Shown: in pieces, positions 19,077 through 28,441 of the stretch | Numbering within the stretch: the stretch's first letter is position 1 | How the letters are laid out: each line of letters starts with the position of its first letter | Made by a program: the position numbers and the translations under genes | The notes under the pieces: generated by a model | The model's input: the letters and a program-made list of their open reading frames with translations, nothing else | Database searches by the model: none | Told to the model about the DNA's origin: nothing | NCBI GenBank assembly: GCA_039188975.1 | Contig: JBCCYT010000002.1 | Span: 3,021 to 67,020, forward strand | DNA length: 64,000 nucleotides | Reading direction: 5' to 3' | Source: Actinomycetota bacterium | Lineage (GTDB): Bacteria; Actinomycetota; Acidimicrobiia; Acidimicrobiales; Aldehydirespiratoraceae

Positions 19077-19667
19077 GTGTCGGACACACGCCCCGTTCTC
19101 GCCTCCATCACCGATGCCCAGGTCTTCCTCGATTGGTACTGGCTCAAGGCAGAGCTGGTGGATCACTGTCGATCGGTCGGCCTGTCGACGCAGGGGACCA
19201 AGGCCGATCTCACCGACCGCATCGCTCACCTGCTGTCGACCGGCGAACGGCTCCGTCCGGTTCGCCTGGCTCGCCCGACCTCACCTGTCGACTGGGCCAC
19301 GGCCGAGCTGACGCCGGAGACCGTCATCACCGACAGTTATCGCAACGGTCCCAACGTCCGCCGGTTCTTCGTGGCCGAGCTGGGCGGGCGCTTCACGTTC
19401 AACATCGAGTTCATGGCATGGATGAGGGCCAATGTCGGTCGCACGCTTGCGGACGCCGTGGCTGAGTGGCGCGCGATCGAACATCGGCGCCAGCACGGCC
19501 AACGAGCAGGCATCCCCGAAGGCAACCAGTTCAACCAGTACGTCCGCGACTTCTTTGCAGCAAACCCGGAGCGGTCGATGGCCGACGCCCGGGCATGTTG
19601 GGCCGCGAAACGCCGTCGACCCGGCCACAACCGCTACGAGGCGGTCGATCTCGACATCGTTCCCTGA
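19077..19667 (+). CDS. DUF6434/SAP-like domain protein
   Basis: WYWLKAEL..CR..GL...G.K.DL..RI; FTFNIEFMAW; FNQYVRDFF. Start approximate. Confidence 0.7.
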   Translation: MSDTRPVLASITDAQVFLDWYWLKAELVDHCRSVGLSTQGTKADLTDRIAHLLSTGERLRPVRLARPTSPVDWATAELTPETVITDSYRNGPNVRRFFVAELGGRFTFNIEFMAWMRANVGRTLADAVAEWRAIEHRRQHGQRAGIPEGNQFNQYVRDFFAANPERSMADARACWAAKRRRPGHNRYEAVDLDIVP

Positions 19668-20605
19668 TCGTCAGCGAACGCAGATCGGAGCAGATCGAGG
19701 CAGTCGTCGACGAAGCGATTCCGGGCTCGATGAGTGGGGATGAACGCGCGCACCGCACCGGCTTCGTCGGCGCTGGAGCCCGGGAGACGTACGAGGGATC
19801 CACGCTCGAGCCGAGGCCGGACCGAACGATCCCAACCAAGCGCGATCCCATGGCCCTGCTCAGCGAGATCGAGACACACCGAATAGGACCCAAACGTCGA
19901 GCCATCGCCCATCGAAGCGCTGTCGCAGTCAACGCCAAGTCGAGCGAGGAATGCCGGCCAGCTGACGGTTGACGGGTCGTCGTGCTCGGTCTGAATCAGG
20001 TCGAGCTCGGTCAACATGGCGGGGGTCACCGACGGAGGGATCGTCTCGGCGTACGACGGGGCGCACACGGGAAAGACCGCTTCGGCGGCGAGGTACTCAA
20101 TCTCGAATCCGGCGGTGTGAGGACCCCAGTACTGCACGGCGAGGTCGAAGTTGTCGGGTGTCTGGTCGACCGGGTCACAGCCCGACAGCAGCCGGATGCG
20201 CAGCTCCGGGCGAGCCCGCTGGAGCTCGACGAGCGCCGGCGCGACGACGGTCGACGCCAGCGAGAGGCTCGACAACACGGTCAGGGTGCGCTCCTCGTCA
20301 GCTGTTCGTCGGAGGCGATCCGCAGCCGAGGCGAGTTCTCCGAGCGACAGCCGTACCGACGTGGCGAAACTCGTGCCGGCGGCGGTGGGCATGACGTCGT
20401 GGCGGTGGCGCTCGAACAGGTGCACGCCAAGGTCGCGTTCCAGATCGCGGACGTGGCGGCTGACGGTCGCCTGCGAGACAAAGAGCTCCTCTGCTGCACG
20501 GGTGAAATTCCCGTGCCGCTCGGCGGCCTCGAAGGTCACGAGCGTGGCGAGGGGGGGAGGAGTCGATCGAAGTCGGGCATACGCAGAGCGTATGGCTGTA
20601 GCCAA
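19634..20605 (-). CDS. LysR family transcriptional regulator (GcvA-like)
   Basis: PPLATLVTFEAAERHGNFTRAAEELFVSQATVSRHVRDLE helix-turn-helix. Confidence 0.9.
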   Translation of the reverse strand: MATAIRSAYARLRSTPPPLATLVTFEAAERHGNFTRAAEELFVSQATVSRHVRDLERDLGVHLFERHRHDVMPTAAGTSFATSVRLSLGELASAADRLRRTADEERTLTVLSSLSLASTVVAPALVELQRARPELRIRLLSGCDPVDQTPDNFDLAVQYWGPHTAGFEIEYLAAEAVFPVCAPSYAETIPPSVTPAMLTELDLIQTEHDDPSTVSWPAFLARLGVDCDSASMGDGSTFGSYSVCLDLAEQGHGIALGWDRSVRPRLERGSLVRLPGSSADEAGAVRAFIPTHRARNRFVDDCLDLLRSAFADDQGTMSRSTAS

Positions 20606-20649
20606 GATTCGTGCTTCAGCAGAGCGAGTTGCTTCTCTACGGTCATCAC

Positions 20650-21546
20650 GTGACGGATGACTCCTCTCGCTGGCTCGGCCCGACGCTCGTCCTCGGCTCG
20701 GCCGTGCTCTTCAGTCTCTCCGGTGTCCTCGCCAAAGCAATCGACGCCGAGAGTTGGACGATCTTGACGTGGCGGGGGCTCATCGGAGGGATCGGCATCG
20801 GTGCCTACGTCTGGTGGCGCCGCGGTCGTGATGTCCGGTCGGTGTTCCACCTCGATCGGTACGGCTGGGGGATCGCTGCGGTTGGGGCGCTCGGCTCGAT
20901 CACGTTCATCGGGGCCTTCAAGAACACGCTCGTTGCCAACGTCTCGGTGATCTACGCCACGATCCCGTTTGCCGCCGCTGGGCTCGAACGGCTGATCCTG
21001 GGTGAGCCTTTTCGCCGGCGCACACTCCGGGCAGCGACGATCACTCTGATGGGTGTCGTCGTCATCGTCGGCGGCAGTCTGGGCACACCCAACGTCGGCG
21101 GTGATGCCTTGGCCGTCGCGATGGTCGTGCTGAACGCGCTGTACATGGTGCTGATCCGGGCCTTTCCCGACACTGATTCGGTCCTCGCCGCCGCGGCCGG
21201 CGGACCGCTGTTGTTCATCACCGGATGGTTCGTTGTCGAACCGCTCGATGTTGCGTTCCGCGACATGAGCCTGATGGTGCTCTTCGGGCTGGTGTTCGGT
21301 GCCGCCACCGTGCTGTGGGTCGAGGGAACCCGTCTGATCCCCGCGTCTGAATCCGGCCTGCTTGGATCGGTCGAGACACCGCTCGCAATCGGGCTCGCGT
21401 GGGTGGTGCTGAGCGAGGCACCGCCATGGACCAGCCTGGCCGGAGCGGTTGTCGTCCTCGCCGCCGTGATCGGACACACCCGGGCCGATCTCATCGCTGA
21501 TTCCCAACCCGGCCTTCCGGGCGGCGATGATGGAGGGCATGCATGA
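20650..21546 (+). CDS. DMT/EamA family transporter
   Basis: About 10 TM segments in two EamA repeats; TACGGT 6 nt before GTG 20650. Confidence 0.85.
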   Translation: MTDDSSRWLGPTLVLGSAVLFSLSGVLAKAIDAESWTILTWRGLIGGIGIGAYVWWRRGRDVRSVFHLDRYGWGIAAVGALGSITFIGAFKNTLVANVSVIYATIPFAAAGLERLILGEPFRRRTLRAATITLMGVVVIVGGSLGTPNVGGDALAVAMVVLNALYMVLIRAFPDTDSVLAAAAGGPLLFITGWFVVEPLDVAFRDMSLMVLFGLVFGAATVLWVEGTRLIPASESGLLGSVETPLAIGLAWVVLSEAPPWTSLAGAVVVLAAVIGHTRADLIADSQPGLPGGDDGGHA

Positions 21547-23251
21547 CCTCGTGATCCGCAGCGGCAAGGTTGTCGATGGAACAGGAGCCGAGCCCGTCAC
21601 CGCCGACCTTGCGGTCGACGGTGACCGCATCGTCGCCGTCGGACGAGTGGCCGGAACCGGACGGCGAGAAATCGACGCCGATGGTGCGCTGGTCACGCCG
21701 GGATGGGTCGATGTGCACACCCACTACGACGGCCAGGCGACGTGGGACCCCGAGATGCGGCCCTCGATCGACCACGGCGTGACCACGGCCGTGATGGGCA
21801 ACTGTGGGGTTGGCTTCGCACCGGTCCGACCTGGCGGTGAGGCGTTTCTGATCGAGTTGATGGAGGCGATCGAGGACATCCCCGGTACGGCGCTGCACGA
21901 GGGCATCGATTGGCGTTGGGAGACGTTTGGCGAGTACATCGACGCCCTTGCCGAGATGCCGAGAACGCTCGACCTCGGCACCACCGTGCCCCACGCCGCA
22001 GTGCGGGCGTATGTCCTCGGCGACCGTTGCCACGACTACGAGATCAGCGGCGACGAGATCGACCAGATCGCGGTGATGATGGCCGACGGCGTGCGGTCTG
22101 GTGCGCTCGGCGTGTCGACCAGCCGCACCGTGTTGCATCGCAGCAAACACGGCTTCGAGCCGGGAACGTTCTCGCTCGATGAGGAGCTCATGGCGATCGC
22201 AGACGAGGTCGCAGCCGTCGGACGGGGTCTCTTCCAGTTCGTGTCCGACGACACGTACCAACAAGACGAATGGCGATGGCTCGAGCACCTCGGTGACGTC
22301 GGTGTGCCCGTCACCTACACCATGGCCCAAGAGCCGAAGCAGCCTGACGGCTTTCGCGAGTGCCTCGAACGGAATCAGGCGTCGATCGATGCCGGTCATC
22401 TCATCGCCCCGCAAGTACCGGCCCGGCCGACGGGCATGCTCTATGGCCTGGAGTCGAGCATGCATCCCTTCCGCGCCCATCCGTCGTTTCGAGCGATCGC
22501 CGACCGGCCGCACCCGGAGATCGTCGCCGCGCTACGTGATCCCGCCGTGCGAGCGCAGCTGCTCGCCGAAGCGCCCGCCAGCAAGAACCGATTCGTGCAC
22601 TTCATGGCCACGTCGTTCCATCAGATGTTTCCGCTCGGCGACCCAACCGACTACGAGCCCGAGCCGTCGATGTCGATTGCGGCGGTCGCCCAGCGCCAAG
22701 GACGCACACCACAAGACGTGGTCTACGACGCATTGCTGGAGGACGACGGCACCGGCATGATCTTCATGCCTCTCGGAAGCTACGTCGACCAAGATCACGA
22801 GGCCATTCGGGCCATGATCGAGCACCCAGCATCGATCTTCGGTCTCAGCGACGGAGGCGCACACTGCGGACTGATCTGCGACGCATCGATGCCGACCTAC
22901 ATGTTGACCCATTGGGCTCGCGACCGGCATCGGGGTCCGACGATTCCGGTCGAGCTGCTCGTGCACAAACAAACCCAGGCGACGAGTCGGGTCTACGGCC
23001 TCCACGACCGTGGGGTTCTCGCGCCGGGCAAGCTCGCAGACATCAACGTGATCGACCACGACCGACTCACACTGCGCAAGCCGCACATGGTTCGCGATCT
23101 TCCCGCCGGGGGGCGCAGACTGATGCAGAACGCCGAGGGCTACCTCGCGACGGTGAAGGCCGGGGAAATCGTGCTCGACCACGATCAGGTCACCGACGCC
23201 CGTCCGGGCCGAACCCTCAAAGCCACCGACGTTGGGATCAGGCGGGTCTGA
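21539..23251 (+). CDS. N-acyl-D-amino-acid deacylase family amidohydrolase
   Basis: PGWVDVHTHYD, GNCGVGFAP, LSDGGAH, DRGVLAPGKLADINV. Confidence 0.88.
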   Translation: MHDLVIRSGKVVDGTGAEPVTADLAVDGDRIVAVGRVAGTGRREIDADGALVTPGWVDVHTHYDGQATWDPEMRPSIDHGVTTAVMGNCGVGFAPVRPGGEAFLIELMEAIEDIPGTALHEGIDWRWETFGEYIDALAEMPRTLDLGTTVPHAAVRAYVLGDRCHDYEISGDEIDQIAVMMADGVRSGALGVSTSRTVLHRSKHGFEPGTFSLDEELMAIADEVAAVGRGLFQFVSDDTYQQDEWRWLEHLGDVGVPVTYTMAQEPKQPDGFRECLERNQASIDAGHLIAPQVPARPTGMLYGLESSMHPFRAHPSFRAIADRPHPEIVAALRDPAVRAQLLAEAPASKNRFVHFMATSFHQMFPLGDPTDYEPEPSMSIAAVAQRQGRTPQDVVYDALLEDDGTGMIFMPLGSYVDQDHEAIRAMIEHPASIFGLSDGGAHCGLICDASMPTYMLTHWARDRHRGPTIPVELLVHKQTQATSRVYGLHDRGVLAPGKLADINVIDHDRLTLRKPHMVRDLPAGGRRLMQNAEGYLATVKAGEIVLDHDQVTDARPGRTLKATDVGIRRV

Positions 23252-23781
23252 TGGCCGAGCAGATGGTCTTTCGAGCGCCGAGATCAACGCTTCTTCGCAG
23301 CGGGGTGGCGTGCATCCTCTTCGGGGGGCTGCTGGTGTATTCGATCGGTGCGGCCACCGATCGCTACCAAGGTCGGGTGTGCTACCAGTCGTGTCCTGCG
23401 GGAGAAGCGAGCTGGCTATGGGTCGTCATCGCCGCGTTCTCGATGCTGGTGCTTCTCCGGCTCATCGCCGTGACCTGGCGGCTCGCCGTCGAACGGACAG
23501 AACTCGACGCGGGCGGGGTCATGACAACCACGTTCCGATCGGGGGAGACCCGAGTCGGGTGGGACAGCATTGAGCGACTTGAAATGGTGGGCATCCCGAA
23601 CTTCCCGGTTCAGCTCCACGCCGCGACCACGGACGGGCGTTTGATTCGTCTCCGCGGCGTCACCCTCGCCGGCGGCCGAGTGCAGGGGCTTCACGCTGAT
23701 GCGTTTGCGTCTGAGATCGAACGCTTCGCCGGGCGTCACATCCCAGTCGAGCGTCCGGACGCGACGATGCCGCCGAACTGA
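23251..23781 (+). CDS. Membrane protein, probable bacterial PH domain
   Basis: ATG overlaps the upstream TGA; two TM helices followed by a beta-rich segment (VGWDSIERL). Confidence 0.55.
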   Translation: MAEQMVFRAPRSTLLRSGVACILFGGLLVYSIGAATDRYQGRVCYQSCPAGEASWLWVVIAAFSMLVLLRLIAVTWRLAVERTELDAGGVMTTTFRSGETRVGWDSIERLEMVGIPNFPVQLHAATTDGRLIRLRGVTLAGGRVQGLHADAFASEIERFAGRHIPVERPDATMPPN

Positions 23782-23848
23782 AGCGGCGGCATCGAGTGGT
23801 TGCTGGAGCGGAGCGGCTGAGCGCTTCCTGACCGGCCGGACGCCGGAT

Positions 23849-23938
23849 TCAGCTGTTTCGACCGAGGTTGGGCTTGCGGCCGTGGTTGGCCTTTGCCCGG
23901 CGGACCTTGGCCTTCTTCTTCTGCGTGCGCTTCGACAT
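23849..23938 (-). CDS. 50S ribosomal protein bL37 (29 aa)
   Basis: Not in the ORF track. Translates MSKRTQKKKAKVRRAKANHGRKPNLGRNS; KANHGRKPN is the actinobacterial bL37 signature. Confidence 0.85.
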   Translation of the reverse strand: MSKRTQKKKAKVRRAKANHGRKPNLGRNS

Positions 23939-23942
23939 AGCC

Positions 23943-24776
23943 CTAGAGGTTAGCGAGGATGCTGGAGTATCCCTCTCGGTAGCTCGGGTACGCCGGTTCC
24001 CACCCCAGATCCTTCAACTCGCTGTTGCGGCATCGCTTTCCCATCGGCGAGGCGGCGGGGGAGCGGTCGGGACCGAGCGCCACCCCGAGTTGGGTTGCGA
24101 GCCAGGTGTAGACGCGGTCTCGGGGTACCGGCTCGTCGTCGACCGCGATCGCCGCAGGCGGAGGACTCGGGTGGATGGCGCACAGCGCGAGCGACGCGGC
24201 GAGGTCATCGCGGTGGATTCGATTCGTCCATCGATCCGGTGTCCCCGCAGTCACCCCGACGGCCCCGGTTCGCACCTGCTCGATCATCCGGCCTCGGCCG
24301 GGACCGTAGATGCCGGCGGCACGAACGATCGTTGTCGGGACTCGGGCGGCGAGGGCCGTCTCGCCTTCGACAACGATTTCGGCGGTCCGCCGAGCCGGCG
24401 CCGGCGCGGTCGACGCCGTCACCCAGCGGGCATCGTCATACCCGTAAACCCCGGTGGTCGAGGTCAGCACCGCTCGGGCCGGTTCCGTGCGCAACGCATC
24501 GAGGACCCGTTGGGGACCGTCGACGTATGCGACTCGATACCCATCGTCGTCCCGGGTGGGCGGCGCGGTGGTGAAGATGACGACGTCGGCGTCGGGAAGA
24601 TCGACAAGGGAGGACGGGTCAGCGAGATCGGCCACGATCGGCGTTGCCCCGTCGACCGAGCGACCGCTCCGGTTGAGGGTCGACACACCGAGCCCGGCGC
24701 CGCTGAGCACGGTCGCCAGCACCAGCCCGGTATCGCCGGCACCGACGATCAACACATGGGGGAGTTCGGTGTTCAC
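23943..24776 (-). CDS. NAD-dependent epimerase/dehydratase (YeeZ-like SDR)
   Basis: IVGAGDTG, TSTTGVYG, GIYGPGR, NRIHRDDLA, YPSYREG. Confidence 0.85.
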   Translation of the reverse strand: MNTELPHVLIVGAGDTGLVLATVLSGAGLGVSTLNRSGRSVDGATPIVADLADPSSLVDLPDADVVIFTTAPPTRDDDGYRVAYVDGPQRVLDALRTEPARAVLTSTTGVYGYDDARWVTASTAPAPARRTAEIVVEGETALAARVPTTIVRAAGIYGPGRGRMIEQVRTGAVGVTAGTPDRWTNRIHRDDLAASLALCAIHPSPPPAAIAVDDEPVPRDRVYTWLATQLGVALGPDRSPAASPMGKRCRNSELKDLGWEPAYPSYREGYSSILANL

Positions 24777-24816
24777 GGGAGGCGACCGTAGTGCGGCGGG
24801 GCCCTACACTTCGCGT

Positions 24817-25422
24817 ATGGCTGAGTCCATCGGGGTGGACCCCGACTTCCAGGTTCCATGGACAGAAATGCAGCACGGCACGCGTGAGCACTACGCCCAT
24901 CTGACCGCGGCGTTCGAAGCGCATGCCCGCTCGGCGCTCGTCGACAATTTGATCAACATGCTTGGTCTGCTCAAAGGCCCGACCCTCGGCTACCAGAACG
25001 ACCGATACTCCCACTCGCTGCAATCTGGAACCCGGGCCTACCGCAACGACGAACCCCTCGACATGGTGGTCGGAGCGCTGCTGCACGACGTTGCTGACTC
25101 CTTCGCGCCGGAGAACCACTCCGATGCAGCCGCGGCGCTGCTGCGCCCCTATGTCGATGACGAGACGCACTGGGTCATCAAGTACCACGGCCTCTTCCAG
25201 GGCTACTACTACTTCCATCACCACGACGGTGACCGCAACGCACGCGACATGCACCGCGAGTCGCCGTACTACGACCGCTGTGTCGATTTTTGTCACGAGT
25301 ACGACCAAAACTGCTTCGACCCGGCGTACCCGGTCATGCACATCGAAGACTTCCGTCCAATGATGGAAGAGGTCTTCAGCAGACCGTCTCGGGTGCCGGG
25401 CGTGGCTCCGCTGCCGAGCTAA
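24817..25422 (+). CDS. HD-domain metalloprotein, PhnZ/TmpB-like
   Basis: SHSLQ...ALLHD...ENH...KYH...YDQ ligand spacing; TACACT 6 nt before the ATG. Confidence 0.75.
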   Translation: MAESIGVDPDFQVPWTEMQHGTREHYAHLTAAFEAHARSALVDNLINMLGLLKGPTLGYQNDRYSHSLQSGTRAYRNDEPLDMVVGALLHDVADSFAPENHSDAAAALLRPYVDDETHWVIKYHGLFQGYYYFHHHDGDRNARDMHRESPYYDRCVDFCHEYDQNCFDPAYPVMHIEDFRPMMEEVFSRPSRVPGVAPLPS

Positions 25423-26345
25423 CGCTTGTCGGCGGTCGCGGCGAGGATGGCGGCCAGCAGCGCGTCGCGCTGGGCGCTGAGCTCGGCGGTGGTCTGCTCG
25501 CCGGTGGCGTCGGCGATACCGGCAACGAGCGTGGCGGCGACCTCCGGGTCGAGGTGCACCGTGCCGAGATCGTCGAACCACCGGTTGAAGCTCTCGGTGT
25601 AGCGCTCCGTGAAGCTCGTGAGTCCGCCCTCGCCAGCGCCGAGATGGAAGAGCATCGTCGGCCCCATCACCGCCCACCGCAAGCCCGGGCCCGCCCACAC
25701 GGCGGTGTCGACGTCCTCCACGGATGCAACCCCGTTGGCCGCAAGGCTGATCGCTTCGCGCCACAGCGCCGCCTGAAGACGGTTGGCCACATGCCCTGGC
25801 ACTTCCTTGCGGACCTCGATCGTGACCTTGCCCACCGACTCGTAGAACGTGCGGGCCGCAGCGACGACACCCTCACCGGTGTGCTCGTTGCCGAGTACCT
25901 CGACGAGAGGAATCAGGTGGGGCGGGTTGAACGGATGGCCGAGAACGAACCGGGAGGGAGACCGCCAACCACCCTGCATCTCCGTGAGGGTGAGACCCGA
26001 CGCAGACGACGCCACCAGCGCGGCCGGGTCGAGCGCATCTTCGATGTCTCGGTACAGCTCGTGCTTGATCTCGAGTCGCTCTGGCACCGACTCCTGGATG
26101 AATGCGGCGCCATCGACCGCGGCTCGGGCATCGCGATGGAACGACACTGCGTCCGGGTTGGCGCCGTCGACGACGAGCCCGAGCTGCGCCAACGATGGCC
26201 AGGCCGTCTCGATGTAGTCACGCACCTGACGTTCGATCTGCGGTGCCGGGTCGAACACGGCGACGCTCTTGCCGCCTGCGAGAAACAGCGATGTCCAGCT
26301 CGCACCGATGACCCCACCGCCGAGCGAGCACGTGTGGTTCATCAT
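25419..26345 (-). CDS. 3-hydroxyacyl-CoA dehydrogenase family protein (L-carnitine dehydrogenase / lambda-crystallin-like)
   Basis: LGGGVIGASW, IQESVPE, GHPFNPPHLIPLVE, GHVANRLQAALWREA, GPGLRWAVMGP. Confidence 0.85.
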   Translation of the reverse strand: MMNHTCSLGGGVIGASWTSLFLAGGKSVAVFDPAPQIERQVRDYIETAWPSLAQLGLVVDGANPDAVSFHRDARAAVDGAAFIQESVPERLEIKHELYRDIEDALDPAALVASSASGLTLTEMQGGWRSPSRFVLGHPFNPPHLIPLVEVLGNEHTGEGVVAAARTFYESVGKVTIEVRKEVPGHVANRLQAALWREAISLAANGVASVEDVDTAVWAGPGLRWAVMGPTMLFHLGAGEGGLTSFTERYTESFNRWFDDLGTVHLDPEVAATLVAGIADATGEQTTAELSAQRDALLAAILAATADKR

Positions 26346-27790
26346 CAGTGGGCGATCATCACATGGCGAACCGCGGTGTACGCGTCGAGGGAGAACACCG
26401 ACATGTCGCAGCCGGTGCCGGAACCCTTCATGGCCGCCCACGGCATCTCCGGCGTGGCCACCCCGTGGGTGTTGACCCATGTGAAGCCGTAGCGCAGCTG
26501 ACTGGCGACGCTGGCGGCCGTGCCGACGTTTGCCGTCCAGATCGACGACGCCAGCCCGTAGCGGCCGGCATTGGCGGCGGCCACCGCATCGTCGGCATCG
26601 GCCACCCTCGTCACCGTGACAACCGGACCGAAGACCTCGTCACACGCGATCTCTGCCCGGCGATCGACATCGGCGACGACGGTTGGCGCATAGAAGAAAC
26701 CTCCCCCGGTGTCGGTCGTGCCCCCGACCACGACGTCGGCTTGTGCCCGCGCCCGGTCGACGAAACCAGCGACCCGATCTCGGTGCCGAGCCGACACCAG
26801 TGGCCCCATCTCGGTGGCCGGCTCTCGCGGGCCGCCGGTGACGATCTCGCCGACCTGCGCTTGCAGTCCGGCCACGATCTCGTCGTACACCCCCGGCGTG
26901 GCGAAGATCCGAGCCGGCTGGGCGCAGTCTTGCCCGGCATTGAAGAACGAACCTTCGCGGATGGTGCCGACGACGGCGTCGACATCGGCGTCATCGAAGA
27001 CGATCACTGGCGCCTTGCCGCCGAGTTCCAAGTGCACATGGCGGATCTGCTGTGAAGCCGCTCGCATCGCCGCCATACCGGTTGCTGGTGAGCCAGTGAT
27101 CGAGATGCCCTCGGTCTCGGGGTGGTTGAGCATGCGCTCACCGACCTCCGGGCCGGTGCCGTGCACGATGTTGACGACCCCGGCCGGAACGACGTCGGCC
27201 AACAGCGCTGCCAGCCGCAGTGTCGACAAGGGCGTGATCTCCGACGGCTTGAGCGTCACCGGGCACCCTGCCGCCAGGGGAGCGGCGAGCTTCCATGCGG
27301 CCATCATCAGCGGGTAGTTCCAGGGGGCGATCGCGGCGACCGGGCCGATCGGGTCTCGGCGAATCATCGACGTGTGGTGTTCGACGTACTCACCCGCCGC
27401 GAGACCGGTCATGGTGCGAGCCGCACCCGCCATGAACCGGAACGTGTCGATCGTCAACGGCATCTCGTCGTCGTGGGCTGATGGCCACGGCTTCCCCACG
27501 TCGAGCGACTCGAGTGCGGCGAGCTCCTCGCTGTGCTCCTCGATGACGTCAGCGATCTGGTGGAGGAGCAGGCTTCGGGCGATCGGGGTGTGGCGGCCGA
27601 ACCACTCGAACGCCCGGGCCGCAGCGGCCATGGCTGCATCGGTCTGCTCGTCGCTCGCCGCCGCAAGAGATGTGATCGTCGAGCCGGTGGCCGGGTCGAC
27701 GACGTCGACGGAATCGCCCGCGCCCTCGACCAGTTCCCCGTCGATCAACATCGCGGTCGCAAACGTGGACGGCACACCGGTATCGGCCAT
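26345..27790 (-). CDS. Aminobutyraldehyde/betaine-aldehyde-type aldehyde dehydrogenase (PatD/YdcW-like)
   Basis: SMIRRDPIG, PWNYPLMMAAWK, LELGGKAP, NAGQDC, EVFGPV. Confidence 0.88.
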   Translation of the reverse strand: MADTGVPSTFATAMLIDGELVEGAGDSVDVVDPATGSTITSLAAASDEQTDAAMAAAARAFEWFGRHTPIARSLLLHQIADVIEEHSEELAALESLDVGKPWPSAHDDEMPLTIDTFRFMAGAARTMTGLAAGEYVEHHTSMIRRDPIGPVAAIAPWNYPLMMAAWKLAAPLAAGCPVTLKPSEITPLSTLRLAALLADVVPAGVVNIVHGTGPEVGERMLNHPETEGISITGSPATGMAAMRAASQQIRHVHLELGGKAPVIVFDDADVDAVVGTIREGSFFNAGQDCAQPARIFATPGVYDEIVAGLQAQVGEIVTGGPREPATEMGPLVSARHRDRVAGFVDRARAQADVVVGGTTDTGGGFFYAPTVVADVDRRAEIACDEVFGPVVTVTRVADADDAVAAANAGRYGLASSIWTANVGTAASVASQLRYGFTWVNTHGVATPEMPWAAMKGSGTGCDMSVFSLDAYTAVRHVMIAH

Positions 27791-27823
27791 GAAGAATCCC
27801 CCTTGTCGGTGTGACGACCGTAG

Positions 27824-27851
27824 ACGGGATTGAACGATCGTTCAATCCCGT
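27824..27851. promoter_or_regulatory. Perfect 28-bp palindrome, probable TetR-family operator
   Basis: ACGGGATTGAACGATCGTTCAATCCCGT is its own reverse complement; it lies 33 nt upstream of the ALDH start. Confidence 0.7.
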
Positions 27852-27899
27852 GGTGCGGGCCTCGGATCGGCGCCGGCTGGTTCGACCCGGTCCGGCCGG

Positions 27900-28385
27900 C
27901 TAGGCGCCGGGCTGGATGACCAGATCGTCGGGGGTGCCCGACAACACCGTCACCTTTCCCGAATCCGTGAACGACGAGCACGGCTCCAACAACGCCTTCA
28001 CATCGCCGCTCGCGTCGAGCTCACCCACCGAATAGGCGCCGCCACCGGCACGCACCTCATCTCCGAACCCGGCTCGACGATCCGGGGTGAAAACGATCTC
28101 TTGGGAGCTGTTGTCCCAGGTCGTGCCCCGGTGCCACACCACCAACGACACCTCACCTGCGTTTGGCTCAACCAACAAAATGCAGCCGTTCACGAACGCC
28201 ACGACGCCCGTTGCCGCCACGCCATCGCGCCGTTCGCCATCATCGGTCGCCACGAACAACGGCCCATCCAACATCACGGCCGGTCCGCCACCGCCCGGAC
28301 CCCAGACGATCGCCCACACCGCCAGGGCCACCAGAATCGCCGACAGCGAGCCGAGACTGAGGGCGCGGTAATCGCCTGCCTGCAT
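27900..28385 (-). CDS. Hypothetical membrane-anchored protein
   Basis: N-terminal TM helix; GCILL...VVW..GT.W segment; TACTCT 6 nt before the ATG. Confidence 0.6.
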   Translation of the reverse strand: MQAGDYRALSLGSLSAILVALAVWAIVWGPGGGGPAVMLDGPLFVATDDGERRDGVAATGVVAFVNGCILLVEPNAGEVSLVVWHRGTTWDNSSQEIVFTPDRRAGFGDEVRAGGGAYSVGELDASGDVKALLEPCSSFTDSGKVTVLSGTPDDLVIQPGA

Positions 28386-28441
28386 GCGACAAGAGTAGTG
28401 CTGGACCAGGCACCTTCCGGGCCTCCGCTACCATCCCGCGC

